Shown piece by piece: positions 58,475 to 64,000 of a stretch of DNA of 64,000 bases; the stretch's first letter is position 1; the number at the start of each line of letters is the position of its first letter. The DNA lies in assembly GCF_009914755.1 (NCBI RefSeq), contig NC_060934.1; one strand, 5' to 3'. Below the pieces are notes generated by a model. The model saw only the letters and a program-made list of their open reading frames with translations. It searched no databases and was not told the origin of the DNA. A program made the translations under genes and the position numbers. This DNA is from the human T2T-CHM13v2.0 reference genome, Homo sapiens.

Positions 58475-58827
58475 ATGTGGAGGGCCCAGGAATGAGCATC
58501 TCAGTCTCACTCAGGGGGACTTGTTGCCCCAGCTGCTGGGAGTGCTCTCAGCTCCTTCAGGGGCTGCCTCAGCTGTAGAGCATCTCCTCTCTCAGGGCAT
58601 GCCCTTCCCATGGTGGCCTGCATCTAGTGGCAGATCATTCAGGGCACAAAGACCCACATGGGGACAACTCTGAGGATTGACTGAGTCCTTGTTTGGTCTG
58701 CATGCCAGTTCAGCTTCTCTCGTCACCCAGTCCTGCTTCTTCCACCTCCCTTCTGCAGGTGTTGATTTCTTATAAACACCCTGCTCCCAAACATGATCTC
58801 AGCATCCGCAGAAGCCAAACTGTGACA
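58475..58827 (+). mobile_element. LTR16-family solo LTR, inside a degenerate MIR
   Basis: ccccagctgctgggagtg...tgcctcagctg...gggacaactctg...ccagtcctgcttc...ctgtgaca. Confidence 0.7.
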
Positions 58828-59202
58828 CCCACACTGGAGGACAGTCCCAGGACCTGGCTGATTGTGAGGATGCACACCTGACATCATCCAAGCTAGACCA
58901 GAGACTCTCCCCTGCAGATTGAGAATGGTGCTGGAGAGGGCTGGTTCAACTCTGCAATGAGGCCAGACTTAGGATGGTAAGCTTAAACCTAAGTCACTTA
59001 AAAAATTAATATGAATGCTGATTATATTCAAGCTAGAAGAATGTGACCAGTTTATGGTATTTGAATTTAATTGCCCATTCTACTACAGGAGCATATGTGT
59101 GAAACTCTCTAATTATGTGTCAAAAATATGTACAGTAATATGTAGGAATAGATATGTCAAAATCCTACAACAAGTCATCCAAAACTACCAGGAGAAAAAC
59201 AT

Positions 59203-59520
59203 TTTCTTTTCTTTTCTTTTTTCTTTTCTTTCTTTCTTTTTTGAGATGGAGTCTTACTCTGTCACCCAGGCTGCAGTGCAGTGGCGTGACCTCAGCTCAC
59301 TGTAACTTCTGCCTCCAGGTTTGAGCAATTCTTCTGCCTCAGCCTCTCAAGTACCTGGGATTACAGGCACCCACCATCATGACTAGCTAATTTTCAAATT
59401 TTTAGTAGAGACAGGGTTTCATCATGTTGGCCAGGCTGGTCTTGAAATCCTGACCTCAAGTGATCCGCACGCCTCAGCCTCCCAAAGTGCTGGGATTACA
59501 GGATGAGCCACCACATCCAG
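59203..59520 (-). mobile_element. AluS
   Basis: (TTTTC)n tail plus full dimer. Confidence 0.95.
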
Positions 59521-59539
59521 AAATATGTTTTATAAAAAG

Positions 59540-62470
59540 TCGTATAATTGGAGAGTCAAGAAAATTCTTGGGATCAGGGATAAAGTGAGAAAACCAGGTG
59601 TGTATGGCTTGCTGAAACTGCTGCAATGTCTGAGAACAATTTATTGAGCCTCATTCTTAGAGCCTTTCCTAAAAGAGAGTTAGGACATGCTAATATCTAA
59701 GAAAAAGGATGAATAAGAAGAAAATAAGTCCAGAAGACTCAGCAGAGAAAACTCTTAGCTTCCATTTTGGGTGGGCGTCAAAAAAAAAAATAATCTCCCC
59801 CAATATTTCAGCCATAACAAGGGGTTTTAGGCTTTGTATGTGCACTATTTGCGTCATGTAGGCAATCCCAAGATAAATGAGGCCCTGGTTAGACATTGCC
59901 TAATGTGACCTCAGAAGTAAAGACAAATTCTTCCTAGAGTAATGCGCCCTCCATTCAGCCCTCCTACCCCCATAAAAGAGAGTTCCTACAATTGTAAGCC
60001 CTTAAAAAACAAACAAAAAACAAACAACAACAACAACAAAAACCTGAACATACAAAGACAAGCCAATATGAATGAGAGTTAGTAGAAATAACAAACACAG
60101 AACTGGACCCACGAAGAAGTATAGAAGGCAATAAATAGAACAACTAGGTTTAATATATTTTTTAAAATAGAAGTTTTTAAAAGAGTAAGGCAAATTGGAC
60201 AAAGATCAACTTTAACTTCTAGAAATTAAAAAAAATGATTTAAATGGAAAACTTAATGGTATGGCTGAAGAGCTAAATAAACATAGCCAAAGAGAATTAT
60301 GAGGACTCCAGATTAGAGAAACAGATCAAAATATAAAAGAGAGAGGTTAAAATTCCTGAGAATTTTTCTGGATTGTTGAAAAATACATCTCTCCTATTCA
60401 AAAGACCAACAAATGTCTCTCTAGGTAAATACAAAAAATCCATAATTAGAATTGTCTCAGTGAAACTATGGAACACAGAAAACACAAAGAAGTAGTTAAG
60501 AGCAGCCAAAGATGGGAAAAAAAGGCAATTTACCCAAGAAGAAATCATGATTAGATTGAAAGCTGTGTTGTCAACAGCAGTGATGGAGCCTAAAGATGGT
60601 AGAATATTAAAATCTTCGAAGTATAGATGGAAATATAAAACAAGAATAATGCCAGTTTGTTGGCTCACGCCTATAACTCCAACAATTTGGGAGGCCGAAG
60701 TGGGCAGATCACTTGAAGCCAGGAGTTTGAGACTAGCCTGGCCAACATGGTGAGACCCCTATCTCTACTAAAAATACAAAAATTAGCTGGGCGTGGTGGT
60801 GCCCCCTTGAAATTCCAGCTACTCAGGAGGCTGAGGCAGGAAAATTGCTTGAACCCGAGCTGCGATCGTGCCACTGCACTCCAGCCTGGGTGACAGAATG
60901 AGGCTCTGTCTCAAAAACACAACACAACAAAAGAAAACAAACAAACAAAAAAAACCACAAAAGAACCCAAGAATTGCATCCATAGGAAAACTATCTTTTA
61001 CAAACATGAAGAAGATATTTTCTGTATGATAAAACTGAAAGGATTTACCACCAATGTTTTCTCACTTACAGAATTTCCAAAAAGTGTTTTTCAAGTGCAA
61101 GGAGAAAAATCTCCAAAAGAAGATCTGAGCTGTAAGAAAAAATGGCATATAAACAAAATGATAAATATAAGATCTAATGTATATTGATAGTACTAATATA
61201 AAATGATGTCTGATTTGTGAGGTTGACAGTAGACAATATTGAGTTAAAAGACTGAATAAAAATTGAATCTAAGCTGGGGGATGGGTTGGCAGTGGTTGGG
61301 AATTTTTAAAAAACAGTGTATTATTTGAGACAGAGTATATTATTGGATAGCTATATATACACCTGGTATAACAGACCAAAAATATGTGAAAAAAATTAGT
61401 AGACCCACAATAATAAATTGACATATACAACCTCAGGGTGAGAAATTTCAACATAACTTTCTCATTATTTATAGGTCAAGAATAACAGCAAATACAGAAA
61501 ATTTGAATGAAACAATTAGCAAGCTTAACTAATGGGCAATATGAATTACAATTAAAGAGTATAAGTTATTCTCCAACGTACATTTACAAATTAATTATGT
61601 ACTAGGATATAAAGCAAATCTTGAAAAATTTCAAGAAACGGTTATCACATAGACCACATTCTCTGACTACAACCCAATTAAATCAAAATTTAGACAATAA
61701 AACAATAAAGTTTAAAAATTTAAAGGAATTTGGAAATTAGATAATAGGTCAAAGATAAATCAAAATGAAAATTTAAAATGCTAAAAACTAAATAATAAAA
61801 AATATTGTATAGTGAAACTTGTGGAATACACAAGTTTCCCTCCAAGGGAAATTTATATGCAGAAAATGTATATTAGAAAAACAGAAGGTTGAAACCATGC
61901 AATATCTAATTTTAAAAGTTAGACAATAAGATAAAAGATGGCATAATAAAAATAAGAGCAGAAATCAATGAAAATGAAAAAGATACAGTGAAGAAGATCA
62001 AAAAAGGCAAACATAGATTGGCTGAAAATAATGTAAAAATAGAAAAATCTCCCAAGAATGTTAAAGAAAAAGAAAACACAAATAACAAATACTATTAATG
62101 AAAAAGACATAAATAAAAATGCAGCAAAGATAGAAAAGAGAATGCCATCAATAACATTTTTTCTAATATGTTTTGAAAACTTAGATGAAGTAGAAAAATT
62201 CCTAGAAAATATAACTAACTATACCTGAGTATTAAATAAAGCAATAGCTAAAAATGTTTTCAGAACCAGTTTTACAGGTGAGCTCTACCAACCTTTTAAG
62301 GAGCAAATCATTCCAATCTTTTATTAACTCTCCCAGATACATGGGGTGGGGGCGGAGGGAAGACAGTACTCCCAAATTCCTTCTGTGAGGGCAGTTTGAC
62401 CTTGATACTCAAATCAGATATCAACAATACTAGGAAGATATTAACTGTAGAACTGTTTTGCTAATTGATG
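59540..62470 (+). mobile_element. Old L1M remnant (ORF1 to ORF2 EN/RT fragments)
   Basis: tatcacatagaccacattctctgactac (EN); ttttacaggtgagctctaccaaccttttaagga (RT start); ORF1-like region at 60300-61150. Confidence 0.75.
60650..60965 (+). mobile_element. AluS with a ~20-nt right-arm deletion
   Basis: gcttgaaccc|gagctgcgatcg lacks the ggaggcggaggttgcagt segment; (CAA)n-rich tail. Confidence 0.92.
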
Positions 62471-62494
62471 TAAAAATTTAAAATCCTTTTAAAG

Positions 62495-62950
62495 TTCTGT
62501 AGATTATTCTAAGGCACCAATTTTTTTTTAACATTTATCATCTCTAGATTCAAGATACTGTTTTGAAAGATAAGTTTTATTGTTACTTAGTTATGGCAAC
62601 ACCAGCAGATCAGGAGAATGGCTTCCATTGAAAGGAGCTTGTAACTGAAACAAAGTAAGTGAATGAAATAAGTTGTTTACTATCTCTAGGAATTACCTAA
62701 TCCTGGGAGAGGAAGTCCCCCCTGGGTCAGCGAGGCTCCAGATATCAAAGCATCAAAATACAGAAAATAAAAGACAGGGTTAACACAAACATTTTTTACA
62801 ATCAATGGTAACTTACAATAGCTACCGGACGGAAGTCATATCATAGTTGCTATTGCCTTTGCACACATGAGCTTGGATGTTATGACTTGAACAATGGCAA
62901 CCCCTTGATATTTCAGTCAAGAAATCATCTATTTTGTTTGAAAAGAAAAA
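62495..62950 (+). mobile_element. Kanga/MER104-like (TcMar-Tc2) fragment split by an LTR
   Basis: ttctaaggcacc..tttaacatttatcatctct | ttacaatcaatggtaacttacaatagct...tagttgctattgcct. Confidence 0.5.
62559..62787 (-). mobile_element. MER76-like ERVL LTR, internally deleted
   Basis: ctatctctaggaattacctaatcctgggag...gggtcagcgaggctccagatatcaaagcatcaaaatacagaaaataaaa...ttaacaca. Confidence 0.65.
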
Positions 62951-62999
62951 AGATTAAAATGAATCCTTTCCTAAACAAGTTTTCATTTTCTAACAAAAA

Positions 63000-63915
63000 C
63001 CTTAAAAATATATTTGAAGAAAATATAGATGAACATATTGTGGTATGAAAAGCTGGCTTAGACAAAGTACTAATAATATTTTAAAAGTGTAAATTCAACC
63101 ACGTTAAAATTAATAACTTATATTTTATCAAAAGGCATTTTAAGTGAAATGAAATAATTAGCTATAAAATGAGAGGTTATTTGCAATACACATGACCGAA
63201 AGATAGATTGTGTTTGTGTTTGTGTGTATGTATGTATCTGAACATGAATAGACATTTCATAGTAAAATAAACACATATGGTCAATAGACAAAAGGATATG
63301 CTCAAGCTCAGTAAATAAGAAATGTGAGTCAAGATCACGATATCATTTTATACTAATTAATTGGCAAGTGTTTAATTTTATATTTACATTTTTTTTGAGA
63401 CAGGGTCTTGCTTCACCACCAAGGCTGGAATGTACTTGCAAAATCATAGCTCACTGCAGCCTCAACCTCCTGGGCTCAAGCGCTCCTCCACCTCAGTCTC
63501 AAGAATAGCTAGGACCACAGGCACACGTCACCACACCCAGCTAATTTTTTATTTTTTAATTTTTTTGTAGAAACAGGGTCTCCCTATGTTGCCCAGCCTG
63601 GTCTTGAACTCCTGGGCTCAAGTGAGCCTCTCATCTTGGCCTCCCAAAGTGCTAGGATTACAGGTGTGAGCCACCATGCCCATTTGGCAAATATTAAAAA
63701 ACCTGACACCACCAAGTGTTGTAGCATCTTAGCGGAATCTCTTACACATTGCTGATGGCCATGTAACTTGGTAAAAAACTCTGAAAGACAATTTAGCATT
63801 TTGAAAAGTTGAACTTACTCACATTGCAGCTCAGCAATTCCACTCTTGTACACAGGCATTATTCTTGCCCACCAGAATGTTCACAGTAATAGTGTTGTGA
63901 TAGCAAAACATCTAA
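63000..63915 (+). mobile_element. L1ME-type 3' fragments split by an AluJ
   Basis: atgaatagacatttca; ctgacaccaccaagtgttg; acattgctgatgg; cagcaattccactctt. Confidence 0.7.
63389..63682 (-). mobile_element. AluJ
   Basis: atcatagctcactgcagcctcaacctcctgggctcaag. Confidence 0.95.
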
Positions 63916-63918
63916 CCC

Positions 63919-64000
63919 TGTTTATTTGGGTCCTCTGGGCAGCAGACACTATGAGTGAATTAAAAGTGCAAGGGATTTATGGGGGAAATGTTCATGAAGC
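63919..64000 (-). mobile_element. Terminus of an ERVL-class LTR, cut by the window edge
   Basis: tgtttatttgggtcctctgggcagcagacact...gtgcaagggatttatgggggaa. Confidence 0.5.

Overview
Primate (human-like) non-coding genomic DNA. It is AT-rich, has no CpG island, and is largely interspersed repeats. These include about 29 Alu/FLAM/FRAM copies (J, S and Y lineages), many L1 fragments (L1PA/PB/MA/MC/ME types), and MIR, L2 and L3 relics. There are also solo MaLR/ERVL LTRs (THE1, MLT1, LTR16-like), an ERVL LTR plus internal remnant, and several DNA-transposon fossils: a near full-length Tigger4/Zombi with a decayed pogo-type transposase, MER2, MER3, MER102, Ricksha, half a MADE1 and a Kanga-like fragment. 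I recognise no protein-coding gene, rRNA, tRNA or CRISPR array. Almost all ORF-track entries are Alu/L1 read-through or chance frames; the only protein-like ones are transposon remnants. The most interesting non-repeat signal is a set of exon-like segments on the minus strand (23650-23718, 15060-15109, 12913-12979, 6980-7173, 378-533), some of which splice in frame. They could be a lncRNA or micro-ORF transcript, but equally pseudo-exons. Repeat subfamily names come from my memory of consensus sequences, and boundaries of old repeats are approximate. I found no convincing novel biological system.
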